DNA of 63,586 nucleotides, filler included, from Octopus bimaculoides (GCF_001194135.2; 6 parts of 6 records of this genome joined end to end with filler, not necessarily neighbours in it), one strand, 5' to 3'; positions 36,496-48,809 are shown, numbered from the whole stretch's first letter. Program-made: numbers and translations. Notes: a model not told the origin generated them from the letters alone.

Positions 36496-37744
36496 TATGA
36501 ATCGTGTCTGGTATAATTGACCATGTAAGTTTACATTGTTAGTTGCTATTCCCAAATTTCCAGTCATTAACTCTTGCAGCACAGTTCACTAAAACAAGTT
36601 TGGTTGCACCAAACTGATATATAGGTCACTGGATATATAGGTCACTGGATATATAGCCCTATCATGACACTAACATCCAAATATCAACAAGATATTGTAT
36701 TATTCAATATTTTTGAGAGAGGAATTATGTATATTATTTACAATGGACTGCAAGGGCCATGCAACATGAGGTGACGAGAATGGCTCTTTCATACCACACC
36801 ACACGGCCGTTACAATGAAGGGAAAATGAATGGGGCATTTAAATGCCAGATGAGAAAAAACAACCGCATAAGAATGATTAAGAAAACATTGATATGTTAA
36901 TGTGTGTTTGTGTGTGCATCATGTATACAGAATAATAGACAGGCCATCATGAGAACAAAATGTATGTGTGCGTGTAGGCATAGATATATGCACGTATTAA
37001 GAACATATAAGGATGGCAATGAAGAAGAAGACAGTAAAAGAGTCCATGAGCCATGGAAGTGAGAAGTAAGTTTATAGACATAAGAAAGATAATACTAGTT
37101 CATAGTCATTAGTACACTGTAACCGAAATACTGTATCAAGAAGTCGCAGCCATGATGCTGAGCCAGTTACAGGTACATGTCATACGTGAAGTCGTGGCTG
37201 TGATGTTGCTGCCTAGGTCACTTGTACAGGAGTTTGTACAAGTTGTATATTTGCTGTTGATCCATGGTGAAGTAATTCATGAACAGTGGACTGTTGGAAC
37301 CTGGGTGTGTTGCTTGCTGAGCTGTATACGTAGAGAGATATTGATGACATTAAGAATATGCTGGTGGCGATGAAGAAGGAGGTTGCAGTATTGCTGTTGG
37401 TAAGTCTCAACATAGCTGCTGTGGTGGTGGTGTTGTTACTGGAACTGGCTGTGTCTTTGTGGTCAGTGACTAGACCTTAAAAGGTCTGGAATCAAAGACC
37501 TCAAAATGAGGGAAAGCTGAGTTTTTATAAGGAGCTGTAGGCTCAAACAGGGCAGTAAATAGACTGTCCCGTGTGATACTATTTAGAACCTCTGACTGGT
37601 TATACACAGTAAGTTGGCATGACCAAGTAAGAGATAAATTGCACCAATACCAACCAATCAGAGTAGTGGACACAATAGGGTCCAACTAGCAGTCAAAGGC
37701 TAGCTATTCCCTGCTACGTTCAACTGCATGTGTATATAATAAAG

Positions 37745-38030
37745 GGAGAGAGGAATTTCACCTGAGTCGATGCTACTGATAGATTAGTGTCCTCACCTTG
37801 TTTGTTGTTACCACAACATTTCAGCTGATGTACTCTCCAGCCCTCATCAAGTGTTCTGTTGGATTTTTTAACCCGACCCTTTGACTAATGGGGTACTCTG
37901 TTCTCATTCCAAAAATAACTTTTTGCTGATGTTATTTTTTGTTGATATCATTTTCCCAAGTCTCTGCCTGGGATTGAACTCAGAATCCAAGGGTTAGAAG
38001 CCCATGCCCTTATCCACCATACTAGGCATA
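37745..38030 (-). mobile_element. SINE-like element: tRNA-Arg-like head + PLE-like hammerhead tail
   Basis: Minus strand: TGGTGGATAAGGGCATGGGCTTCTAACCCTTGGATTCTGAGTTCAATCCC (A box, CTTCTAA loop, B box), then ~95 bp, then a hammerhead motif. The tail is homologous to 48150-48316. Confidence 0.7.
37810..37855 (-). ncRNA. Minimal type-I hammerhead ribozyme remnant
   Basis: AACAC-UUGAUGA-G-GGCUG-GAGAGUACAU-CAGCU-GAA-AUGU-U-GUGGU. It has C3U and ACGU>AUGU. Confidence 0.65.
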
Positions 38031-38139
38031 TAGTGTGGTGGATAAGAGCACAGGCTACTAACCCTCTGACCGGGTAACCATATATCTCCTCCACAGCAGG
38101 ACACCTGTTTCTGTTTCTCTGTCACACTCTAACCTTTCA

Positions 38140-38985
38140 TCATCTGACACAAGATCACCTCCTCCAATGCCTCCTCCCCTCTCAAAGGATCTTTGTCTTG
38201 CAAGTTACTTGGTGACCCTGCCAGTGCTGGTACCATGTAAAAAGCATCCAGTCCTCACTGTAAAGTGGTTGACATTTGGAAAGGGCATCCAGCTGTAAAA
38301 ACCATGCCAAAACTGGCCTTGCCTGTGCTCATGCCATGTAAAAAGCACTCAGTCCACTGTGCAGCATGGTTGGTGTTAGGAAGGGCATCCAGCTGTAAAA
38401 ACCATACCAAAACAAACAGTGAAGCATGGTGCAGTCTGCTGGCTAGCCAGCTCTTGTCAAACCATCTAACCCATACCAGCATGGAAAGCAGACGTTAAAT
38501 GATGATGATTCTACAAGAAAAGGTTAGGTAAGGATGATTAAAAGATATCTTTCTTTCCCATTGGTGATTCTGGAGACAACATATGATTCTTTGAAATTTC
38601 ATTATTTCAGATAGATGGATGGACAGACAGACAGATGAATAGATGGACACATGGACAGTTGGACGGATGGACGGATGGACGGATGGATAGACAGGTTGGA
38701 CAGATGGGTGGATGGATGGATGGATGAATGGACAGATGAACAGAGAATGCATAGGATTCTGAGACCCCTTTATTCAACTTCTCTTGTGTTGGTGCCATTA
38801 AAAATACACCCGGTACACCCTGCAAAGTGGTTAGCAATAGGAAGGGCATCCAGCTGTAGAACCAAACTAAATGACATGTGCAAGCATCAGTCTATGGGAT
38901 GTAGCTGCTCCTAATAGGAGATGACCTGGACCATGATGACCTGTCCGATCCCTGCCAGCACAGATGATGTAAAAATAATGTTGTT
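38140..38985 (+). mobile_element. Family F copies (38140-38510, 38770-38985), RTE-like SINE/LINE end with (GAT)n tail
   Basis: Repeated aggaagggcatccagctgta module and 3' catggaaagcagacgttaaatgatgatg. Confidence 0.75.
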
Positions 38986-40115
38986 GATGATGATATATCA
39001 TCATCATTTTACATCTGTTTTCCATGATAGCATGGATTAGACAAGTCAATGCTGCTCCATTAGATGGGTCAACAATCTGTCCAATATACAGGCAGGGGTT
39101 AACTTTACCTTTCATCCTTCTTTGGGACAGTACCAAAAAAGTACTAATCCAGGACAGTGAATTTGTTGAACTGTGTTGAGCAAGATCCCTCGTGCTATTT
39201 ATTCTAGCCCTTTGCACTCTGACAGTAATGTCTATGATGATACTAGTGACAAATTGTGGTGGTAAGGTGGCAACCTTACTCATGGATAACATCAGTGGTA
39301 TGGAAGAGGAAGATGTCCATGCATGGGCATCTTCCCCCATACATCTTAGCCCAGCTGGCACATACAGATGCAGAAACAAGGTCTGTTTTAATTGATGGTG
39401 GTCCTACCATATCAGATAGCATAAAAAAATGTAGTCATATTAGACACACCCCAGTTGCAGCAGTGCATATTCAGGTACAAAAAGAATTTTTAGTGCATTA
39501 AAGCTTATGAGAAGCCCAACGTCACATCTAAAATCTGGGATGTTTTTCTTTTCTTTTTGAGACTTTCTTTGGTAAAGAAAAAATGCGTGCCTAATATACC
39601 ATGCAGTACAATAAATAGAAAGATAGATAGAAATGATTATCTTTATGGAAAAACTTGAATTTTTTATTTTTAAATTTTGCTACTGTGCTTCAAATACTCA
39701 ATGAAAATTGCATTCATTCAAGTTTTTCAATTATACAAGACTACTACATCTCTCTTACACAATCTGCACTTAGCTTTAATATTTGCATTCTACTATGAAG
39801 CTTTTAGGCATAATCAGAGCCATAGAAAACATTCATCCAAAGAAACCAAGATAATCAAATATGTCACCCATCCTACAATATATGTATTGTATAAAATCAG
39901 TTACTTTTTATCCTCAGTCTAATTGGTTTCTACCTACAGCTAGGTAACTTGGCTATTGAAAAGTAAGTGTTGAGGTTATGCATTCAAACTGTCAACAATC
40001 CAGCTTATTATTGTCTAGTACTCTACTGAAGCTATCATCCATGGCTTTTGTTCATTTATATATATTAGTGTCAACTGGAGCTCAATGCAAACAGTAAACA
40101 GTTTCACAGTCATCA

Positions 40116-40178
<63 letters not shown>

Positions 40179-40554
40179 NNNNNNNNNNNNNNNNNNNNNN
40201 NNNNNNNNNNNNNNNNNNNNNNNNNNNNNNNNNNNNNNNNNNNNNNNNNNNNNNNNNNNNNNNNNNNNNNNNNNNNNNNNNNNNNNNNNNNNNNNNNNNN
40301 NNNNNNNNNNNNNNNNNNNNNNNNNNNNNNNNNNNNNNNNNNNNNNNNNNNNNNNNNNNNNNNNNNNNNNNNNNNNNNNNNNNNNNNNNNNNNNNNNNNN
40401 NNNNNNNNNNNNNNNNNNNNNNNNNNNNNNNNNNNNNNNNNNNNNNNNNNNNNNNNNNNNNNNNNNNNNNNNNNNNNNNNNNNNNNNNNNNNNNNNNNNN
40501 NNNNNNNNNNNNNNNNNNNNNNNNNNNNNNATATATATATATATATATATACAT

Positions 40555-41300
40555 ATCACTGCATATCTTTCACATTTTCTCTTTAGGGAGTAGAACTTCA
40601 GTTCTTTTAGCCTCTCCCAGCAGTCAATCTTCTCTGTGTTGTAGCATTGGATGGTCTCAAGTTCCACAGCCAATTTAGCATTTTGTTGTGACCACAGTGG
40701 GAAGCAGTAATACAGACAGCTGAGAACAAATGTTCTCCATAGGAGTAGAATAGTCTCCTTCTTCCTGGTTCTGAATGGTCTCAGAACCCAACCAGCCACT
40801 TGCCTGCAGTGTTGCTATCTTAGTAATATGCACATGGAATGATGCATCATTGCTCACATGGATTCGCAGGTCAGGCACCAATTCTGACTCTAGGATTGCA
40901 CTAAACAGGATAGGTGGAGCTCTTTGGTCCTGTAAGGCAACTCACCTGTAAAACCAATGCAAAACCTACAGCTTGCTGGTCACCACAGCCATCTTACCCT
41001 GCTAAGCTGCTGTGGTCAGATCTCCAAGAGTGGGATCAGATTGCATGAAGGTTGAAAAGGTTTTGAGAGTTCCAGAAGTTCTTGTGTGTCTTTCTGATAC
41101 AGGACACCATCAATTTAGCAATACAGATCATGAAATTAACTGGATGAAGTAATTGACAGGAGATATGTGGTGGTTGCCTTTTTGGAACAGAGGAATAATA
41201 CTGGCAATTTTCCAATGTTCTGAGGTAATGTAATTATTAAGATAGAATTGGAAGAGGAGTGAAAGCTGGTGCCATAGAAAGAGGCCACCGTGTCTGAAAA
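40555..41300 (-). mobile_element. Decayed CR1/L2-group LINE ORF2 fragments
   Basis: WVLRPFRTRKKETILLLWRTFVLSCLYYCFPLWS...CWERLKELKFYSLKRKCERY (RT thumb) and WKIASIIPLFQKGN..SPVNY (RT motif 1-2). Confidence 0.8.
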
Positions 41301-43289
41301 GCAGATAAGTTACACCATCAAAGTCAGACAAAGCATAGTTGTGTATATCCTTGAGGTGACATTACAGAACTCCAGGAGTAAATTCAAGAGATGTTATGGA
41401 ATCTGGTGTCCTTTTCAACATTGAAAATGCCAGTATAGAATTTGGCAATAAGTTTTATGCATTCTTTGGAGTTGTCAGTAATCTGACTTGTTTGGAGAGG
41501 CATGATTAGAGAATGAAGACTCAGTTTTGACCATACATTATTTCCAGAACACATTACTATCTGGATTGGTTGTTAAGCATGGTTCAAATTTACTTTCTTT
41601 ATAGTTATTTGTTTGGTATAGTCAAATGCTCTGTTGGACCTATTATCTTCTGCTCTACACAATCTGTATTCACATTCAACTCTCTTTCAATATAATGAAT
41701 TATAGCCTTGTGCTGAAGTTAGAAAACATTATTGTTAGGTTAGACGACATTACTATTAGGACTGAATGGCAGAATTGGCAGAGTGCTGAACAAAAATACC
41801 CCGTGGTATTTTGTTACACCTCTGTACATTCTGAGTTCAAAGTTTATTTTTGTTCTTTCTTTTTTTCATGATGGAATAAAACAAGTATCTGTCAAGTACT
41901 GGGGTTAATCAGTCAGTTAACACAAAGGAGTTGTGGACTGGCAATTAGAACAGCAGATTGGCAGGCTCATTTGTGCATCAGACAAAATGGCTTGTAGTAT
42001 TTGTTTCAGCTCTTTATGTTCTAAGTTCAAACCCTACTATGGTCAGTCATGTTGTTCATCAAGTGCTGGGGTTGATTTAATCGACTCATTATTTCCTTCA
42101 AACTTCTGGCCTGGTTCCTATGTTAGAAACTATTAATAGAATCTAGTTAGTTACGAAATAGCTTTTTCCGTTTCTAATTTGGCAAGCATTAAAAGCAAAA
42201 GAGGAGGATGGGCAGTATGGTGGGAGAAATTTGTAAATAATTGTTTCTTCATTTTGATTTATTTGTAAGACAACAGCATTCTAAATATTCTGGGCATTTT
42301 GGAAATAAGATTATTTTTTGGAATATATCTGCTATCAGACAACTTTTCTTATGATGTCTCTGGCACATGGATATCTTGAAATTGTAAAGAATGCTGACCT
42401 GCAACAGATATAAGATGAAACTTATTTTTGGTTCTAGATTGTATTGTTATTCTTAGAAACAGATGAGTTAAATACCCTCCCACAAAGCTTGTTTTTGTTT
42501 TTCTTTCTTTGGAAAAACTGTTTATTTGATATTTAAAAATATTTGTTTTTTCATTTCATGATTTCTAATTTCAGTACTAAAAGGTCACACATTTTGGGAT
42601 ATAGTTGATTAAATTTTGGTCAAACGCTTTTCTTCTCCTGGATAGGCAAAGTTTACCATGATGGGATTCAAACTCAGAATGTGAATGTATATAGCAAAAA
42701 AACTACCTGACATTTTGAATGATGCTCCACTGATTCTGACACCAATAGCCTTTCTTGTAAGCTATAATTTAAGGTGATATTCAGCCCAGAGTCTGTCATG
42801 AGTCAGCAAATCTATCATCAAAGACATTCCAACCTAGACTTAAAAGCAAAAGTTTGACAGTTTATTCTGAACACTTAAGTGTTGAAACTTATTGAATTAA
42901 AGACCAGGCCTAGCTAACTTGAATTACATTCTGCGCCAATTTAATCACAGAATGTTTTTTGAGGACTGCTTGTATACTGACAGAATTGAAAGTATTCTGC
43001 TTTCTCATGCTATTATTACAATAATGAATGAATGATCGTTGATTCAACATGAAATATTATTGTTGCAAAAACAGTAGTATCTTTCTTTTCTACTTTTCAT
43101 TACAATCTTTAATTTTTGATAAAATTTTTTAAATGTTTGTTTAAATAAACCCATTTCAAGAAAGTATCAAGTGGGCTGCAAGATAAAAGTCTGTGGGACG
43201 CATGCAGCTCGCAGGCCTCAGGTTGGCCAGCTCTGTCCTAGACTATATCTTTAAAACAAATGACATGAAGTTACACACCAACACACCCC

Positions 43290-43600
43290 AACTTCTGGTT
43301 CACAAACTTTCTGTCTTCTCACTCTACTTTTTCTATCCCTACCACAAATGCCTCTGCATTTTGGAACTAGCTGGTCTTGTGCTGTTTCCATTCAGGCATT
43401 CCAAACTCACACATATTGTGTCTTCTTATTACACATATTGTGTCTTCTTATCACACATATTGTGTTTTCATTCGAGGCTCGCACTTGCCACTTCACCCAA
43501 TCTTACTTTCCCAAAATGTTGGCTCTTTCACATTCCCATCTTTCAACTATCAACATGCAGACTGTGTCAATATCAATGATCTTGGAAACCACAAAGGCTA
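43290..43600 (+). mobile_element. CR1/L2-group LINE 3' end with internal 22-bp triplication (43408-43468)
   Basis: RTCHFTQSYFPKM resembles the RT..Y..SFFPRT C-terminal motif. acacatattgtgtcttcttat is repeated. Confidence 0.5.
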
Positions 43601-43671
43601 CAGGTACAGTCATCACTTGTAAACCAAACCCCAAAAAGTAGAATTCGGTAGATGGAAACTGTTCAGAAGCC

Positions 43672-43733
<62 letters not shown>

Positions 43734-44069
43734 ATGCCCGTGCATGCATGTGTGTGTTTCAGTTTGGCAATAAATACCAGACTGAAATAAGCTGTGCTAT
43801 TAAACCCTTGAAGATGATGCCCCAGCATGGCCACACAGAGTCAAATGACTGAAACCAGTAAGAAAAAATAAAAGAATCCACATAAATTATTGAAATGTCA
43901 ATACAGTAATTCTGAAATGATCATCAGATCATACAATTGTTTGCATACAATCATGTTGTTTATATAAGCTTTCAATTTTGTATTTTCCATGAGGTGCAGT
44001 ATGCGAAGCTTAAAAAATTGTCAACAATAGGCACTATAGGCTTAAAAAAGCACACAGATATGCCAGATG

Positions 44070-44101
<32 letters not shown>

Positions 44102-44199
44102 GGGTTGTTTGTGTATGCTTGTGTTTGTGTGTGTGTGTATGTATGTGCGTGTATATACATATACATGCATACATACACACACACACATATACATACATG

Positions 44200-44400
44200 A
44201 TTCACCATGATAGATCTCTAACCACTACACAATTTCTTTCTCTCCTTGTTTCTTTGTTTCTTTCTGTGTTCCTTTCTGTGGAAGAGCGTAGTCTCAAAAC
44301 GTTAACAAATTTTTTCAATTCTCGAGCATTATACTAATACATCTATTTGTTTTCTACACCACCTGTCTTTGTCTGTTGTTTTTTTGTGAATTCTCCCTAT
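44200..44400 (+). mobile_element. PLE-type terminal repeat fragment with hammerhead-like variant (44272-44308), ending in (TA)n
   Basis: cuuu-CUGUGGA-A-GAG-CGUAGU-CUC-AAA-ACGU-U. Spacing and the ACGU palindrome match the other hammerheads, but the core is non-canonical. Confidence 0.5.
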
Positions 44401-44404
44401 ATAT

Positions 44405-45000
44405 ATATACTACTTATGTGGGAAATCGGTGTGTGTGTGTGTTTGTTTGTGGCGTTGTTAGCTAATTCCTACATCGTTTTATTGATTTTGATGAAACTTG
44501 ACACATGAGTAGAACTCATATCTGGAAACCTCATGACATATTTACATTGTTGAAAAAATCGATAACATGGCTCCTGGAAGGGACCTTTATATCTACCTTA
44601 TATAACTAATTTTTTTAAACACCTAAGGGAAATAACCCATAGCACTTGTACAATATTTTCTTTAAACACTCAAGGGAAATAACCCATTTCATTGTTTATG
44701 TTCGATTACTTTCAATATTGATTTTTTGTGTGACCTATTTCTAATTTTTGCAGACAATATCACTCTTATACTTTATTTGACACGTGAGTAGAACTCATGT
44801 CTGGAAACCTCGTGACGTACTTAGATTGTTGAAAAAAATCGATAATAGGGCCCTTCCAATGCATCCTTCTATCTACTACATATTACTAATATTTTATTTA
44901 AACAACCCAAGGGAAATAACCCATACCATCTGCAGATTTTAGTGAAGCGATCAATATTTGATTCTCACGATCAGCCAACCTTATTCTGCATTTCACTACT
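44405..45000 (+). mobile_element. Non-autonomous Helitron/Helentron-like element with internal ~280-bp-period duplication
   Basis: Begins tatactac, followed by a GT/GTTT microsatellite and gattttgatgaaacttg. gacacatgagtagaactcatatctggaaacctc recurs at ~44500 and ~44779. Confidence 0.55.
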
Positions 45001-45525
45001 CACAGTTTTGAACTGCTAAACATTATTATTGCACTTCCTTAATTTGAATCTTAAACATTAAAGACTTCATTCATACATTTCTATACATACATATTTTTTT
45101 GAATACCCATTACTCTGATAATTCTGCATTTTTACAGTTACACTTTTTCCATGACAGTAGATAAATTATTTTATTCCATAACTTATTTGTTGTGACTTCA
45201 TGCAGGCATAACGTGGATTCGATCCTCGATTGCCAAATTTCACTTAACACTTCAACAGCATTTTTCTCACTGTAAAACAATAGTTTTTCTGTGAATGACA
45301 GCAGTTATACATTTCCCAGATGCTTTCACTAAGCAGAATAATGACTTTGCTTCTCGCCAACCTCCAACAATTTCTCCCTCCTCCAGTTGATAGCTTTTTG
45401 TACTTTCTCGAGATGGAAAATAGACCTTTTATGGCAGTTATAACGAAATTGCTTTCTTATATCAGAGTAATAAGGTGTTTCAACAGAATATCTTTACCCC
45501 CGGGAATTACCAGGTACACCAGCTA

Positions 45526-45602
<77 letters not shown>

Positions 45603-45606
<4 letters not shown>

Positions 45607-46838
45607 ACAGAAGTAAATAGACACCTCATAAAATATCATTTTAGGTTTTATTCTAACTTGTAAACGTTTATAATTTTTATCAATTGACATTTTTATGTTT
45701 CAGGTTCTATATATGACTGTTTAATCATGCCATGTACAAAAGAAGCCTTAGAACTGTCTGAATTTCAAAGAGGCCATATTATGGGTCATTCTGAAGGTGG
45801 ACATAGTCAGCATAAAATTGCAGAAAACCTTGGGATCCCAATTTCTACAGTTAATAGTGATTGTGCAATTCACCAGAGAGGGGAAACACTCCACATCACC
45901 TCGCCCAGATCAATCAGTTCCCTTTGACAGGACCCTTCTTTTTGCTAAGAGAAGTGTGGAGGATAATCCTCATTGCAAGGCCTCTGATATAGCAGAACAA
46001 GTTGATGTCAATCCCAGAATAACTGTCAGGTATCTCTACAAACTTGGTTACTATGGCAGAGCAGCAAGAAGGAAGACACTTTTTTGATCAGCTAACATCA
46101 AGCAGAGAAAAGATTGGGCCAGTGAGATGGTGGAGAGACCACTAGAATTTTGGGACACCATCATATTCTCTGATGAGTCCAGATTTGCCGTATTTCTTGA
46201 CAGTGGTTGAGTGTGGGTCTGGAGACTCTGTGATCAAGAATTTGATGTGAAAAGATTGCAGCCAACAATGAAACATGGCAACTATTCTGTAATTGTCGGG
46301 GGAGCAATTTGGAACAATGGTTGATCACAGCTGGTGGAGTGTGAGGGAAACATAAACTCAGATAAATATGTGTCCATATTGCAGAAAGGACTCCTTCCAA
46401 TCTTCTCTGATGTTGAAATGATTAATGAAGACTATTTATGAAAGATGGGGCTCCTTGTCACCCAGCTAAAATGACCCAAGATTTGTTGGATGAGAATAGC
46501 ATTAAAAAGCTTCCATGGCCAAACCAGTCACCAGATATGAACCCTATTGAACACCTCTGAGACATAATGGACATGACATGTAATAAAAAGAACAAGAAAG
46601 CATCTTCAAAGCCAGATCTTTTGAGATTACTGCATGAAACTTGGCAAGAAATTCCTCAAGAGAATATTCATCTGATCAGTAACATGCCTAATAGGGTCCT
46701 GGCATTGAAAAATGCAAAGGGCATGTCTACTAAATATTAAATATTCACGTTATAACAATTAATAAATAATTTGAATGTATAATTTCAGATTAAAATAAAT
46801 TTTAATGATTATAAGGGTGTCTATTTACTTCTGATATG
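45603..46838 (+). mobile_element. Tc1-family DNA transposon, near full length, inactive
   Basis: TIRs cataacagaagtaaatagacacc (45603-45625) / ggtgtctatttacttctgatatg (46816-46838), 1 mismatch, flank a transposase pseudogene. Confidence 0.93.
45727..46740 (+). pseudogene. Tc1 transposase pseudogene (DD34E)
   Basis: [20 protein letters not shown] (HTH), FSDESRF, KDGAPCH...WPNQSPDMNPIE with 34 residues between D and E, ending KGMSTKY*. Several stops and frameshifts. Confidence 0.93.
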
Positions 46839-47049
46839 GGGAACAGCTTGTCTTTTAACCATGTATTGAAAACATGACTAGGTTACAATTTGATCTTTTT
46901 TATTAATGTCTTGTATCTGTGTACCAGACTGTTATCATTCATTTGAAACAATAATATTCTTAAATTCGTCTTTATCCTCATTTCCAGGCTATCTCATTTT
47001 CAGGATCTCAAGTTGTTTTGGCTTTTGTACCAGTTTTTTTTTTTATAGT

Positions 47050-47645
47050 GGATGTGTTGGTGTTCTACGTCATTGAATTTGCTGTTATGACATGTGCTGT
47101 TGTTTCTTAATTGTAGCTTTGTGTTATGATATTAGTTTTGCTTCCATAATTGGTTTTCTATTGAAGTGGGGAATTCTATAAGTTACGGAAATATTCTCTT
47201 GTTTTCCTATCTGACTTTATGTTATGGTATGTAGTGTAGTGAGTTGCAATTTCTCCATGTTTTACATGAATGGTGAATCTATGAAAGAGTGTTGTATTTG
47301 TCTGGAATTATGAAGATTACAACTTTCACTTTCACTATCAAATTTGTAAATTACATTCATCAATTTAAGTTTGTCCACAGCATGTTGTCGATATAGAAGT
47401 ATTTTTTTTATCTTATTGTTTTTGTAATATATAACTAGTACCAACTGCTAGTTTGGTGTGGTGCATTTCATCAGCAACTTAGTATACTAGTTTGTTTGAG
47501 TTGTTGCTGTTAATTATTGTTTGTTTAATTCTGTGTATTTCTATTGATTGTTTTATTTGTGGAAGAGAATCTACATGTTCTTCTAATTTGTGATTTTACC
47601 ACTGATATTTTGTAGACATGTGAACATACCCTATCTCCAGTTGGT
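47050..47645 (-). mobile_element. Decayed Penelope-like element, RT thumb to GIY-YIG region
   Basis: CSHVYKISVVKSQIRRTCRFSS / EIHRIKQTIINSNNSNKLV / LVIYYKNNKIKKILL..MNVIYKF / HGEIATHY / IMEAKLI appear in PLE motif order, with frameshifts. Confidence 0.6.
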
Positions 47646-47998
47646 ATACGAATTTATTTGTGTCTTTTGTGTAAAATACAATAAAATGACAAAACGAAAC
47701 AACAATATAAAATAAAATGGGAATATAAAATCCTGAGCAGAAAAGAAAAGAAAAAGAAAAAGAAATACACAGATTTTCATGTAAAGAAATAAAAATAAAC
47801 TTAAAATAAAAATAAAACTTAAAATAAAATAAAAAATAAAGGGAGTCAAATCGGTGAGGCGGGTAATCTAAGAAATAATAAGAGAAAGTCTGGATAGTCA
47901 AGTAAGCTACATCTAAGCTATTTAGATGGGTTTGTGAAGGGTGGTGAGGAAAAATCTAAATGTAGAAGAAGAAGATAAAGCGATAAATAGATATAGAT

Positions 47999-48098
47999 NN
48001 NNNNNNNNNNNNNNNNNNNNNNNNNNNNNNNNNNNNNNNNNNTTAATTAATTAANNNNNNNNNNNNNNNNNNNNNNNNNNNNNNNNNNNNNNNNNNNN
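47999..48098. other. Artificial scaffold linker 44N-TTAATTAATTAA-44N
   Basis: Same 100-bp structure. Confidence 0.95.
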
Positions 48099-48149
<51 letters not shown>

Positions 48150-48375
48150 TTCTGTATTTAAGAAATGAGGAATTATGTACATTATTTACATTTGACAGAT
48201 ATTTGTCCTCATCTTGTTTGTTGTTAACACAACGTTTTGGCTGATATACCCTCCAGCCTTCTTCAAGTGTCTTGGGGAAATTTCAAACCTAGATTCTCGT
48301 TCCTAAGGTATTTTTCGGGCTACTAACCCCAAGATTCTGAGTTCGATTCCAGGCAGTGACCTGAATAATAATAAT
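48099..48375 (-). mobile_element. Second copy of the tRNA-head/hammerhead-tail element: tail on minus (48099-48316, (AAT)n end), head fragment inverted (48318-48375)
   Basis: The tail matches 37790-37915. The head gggctactaaccccaagattctgagttcgattccaggcag matches the reverse complement of 37965-38003. Confidence 0.72.
48226..48271 (-). ncRNA. Minimal type-I hammerhead ribozyme remnant
   Basis: GACAC-UUGAAGA-A-GGCUG-GAGGGUAUAU-CAGCC-AAA-ACGU-U-GUGUU. Stem I is GACAC/GUGUU, stem II is GGCUG/CAGCC, and stem III is the palindrome ACGU. C3U and G12A. Confidence 0.7.
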
Positions 48376-48592
48376 ATTATGGGAACATGGAGTAAACAAA
48401 ATCATAACATAAACAATTAAATATAAGAAATTTCTATTTCTTAAAGTATGTGTTAATCCCCATGTACCCAGACTTTGTGGACACCCTGTACAGGAGGTGT
48501 TGGTTTGAGTCTCATGGGTAACCTTCAAATTTTTTCTATCCAAAAAGGTTTTCCAGTCCAGTATATACATGCTGTCATTTATAGCATTATGT

Positions 48593-48809
48593 AAGGTTGA
48601 AAGCTGGCAGAATTGGTAAGGCACTGGGTCAAATGCTTAGCAGAATTTCCTTCATCGCTACATTCTGAGTTCAAATTCCGCTGAGGTTGACTTTGCCTTT
48701 CATCCTTTCAGGGTCCATGAAATAAGTACCAGTTACACACTAGGGTTGATGAAAGCGACTAGCCTCCTCCACCAAAATTTCAGGCCTTGTGCCTATTGTA
48801 GAAAGGATT
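48593..48809 (+). mobile_element. SINE family B, full length, with 16-bp TSD
   Basis: atttatagcattatgt at 48577-48592 and 48810-48825. Confidence 0.95.

Noticed and set aside
37152-37460. Ser/Thr/Gln-rich open frames
   Set aside because: Low-complexity CAA/CAG-rich sequence with no recognisable domain or convincing splice sites.
39192-39395. ORF with a signal-peptide-like start and a GTAAGG donor at 39262
   Set aside because: Starts at GTG just after an in-frame stop. No recognisable homology.
43150-43245. ggttggccagctctg as the right TIR of a hAT MITE
   Set aside because: No matching left TIR found by eye.
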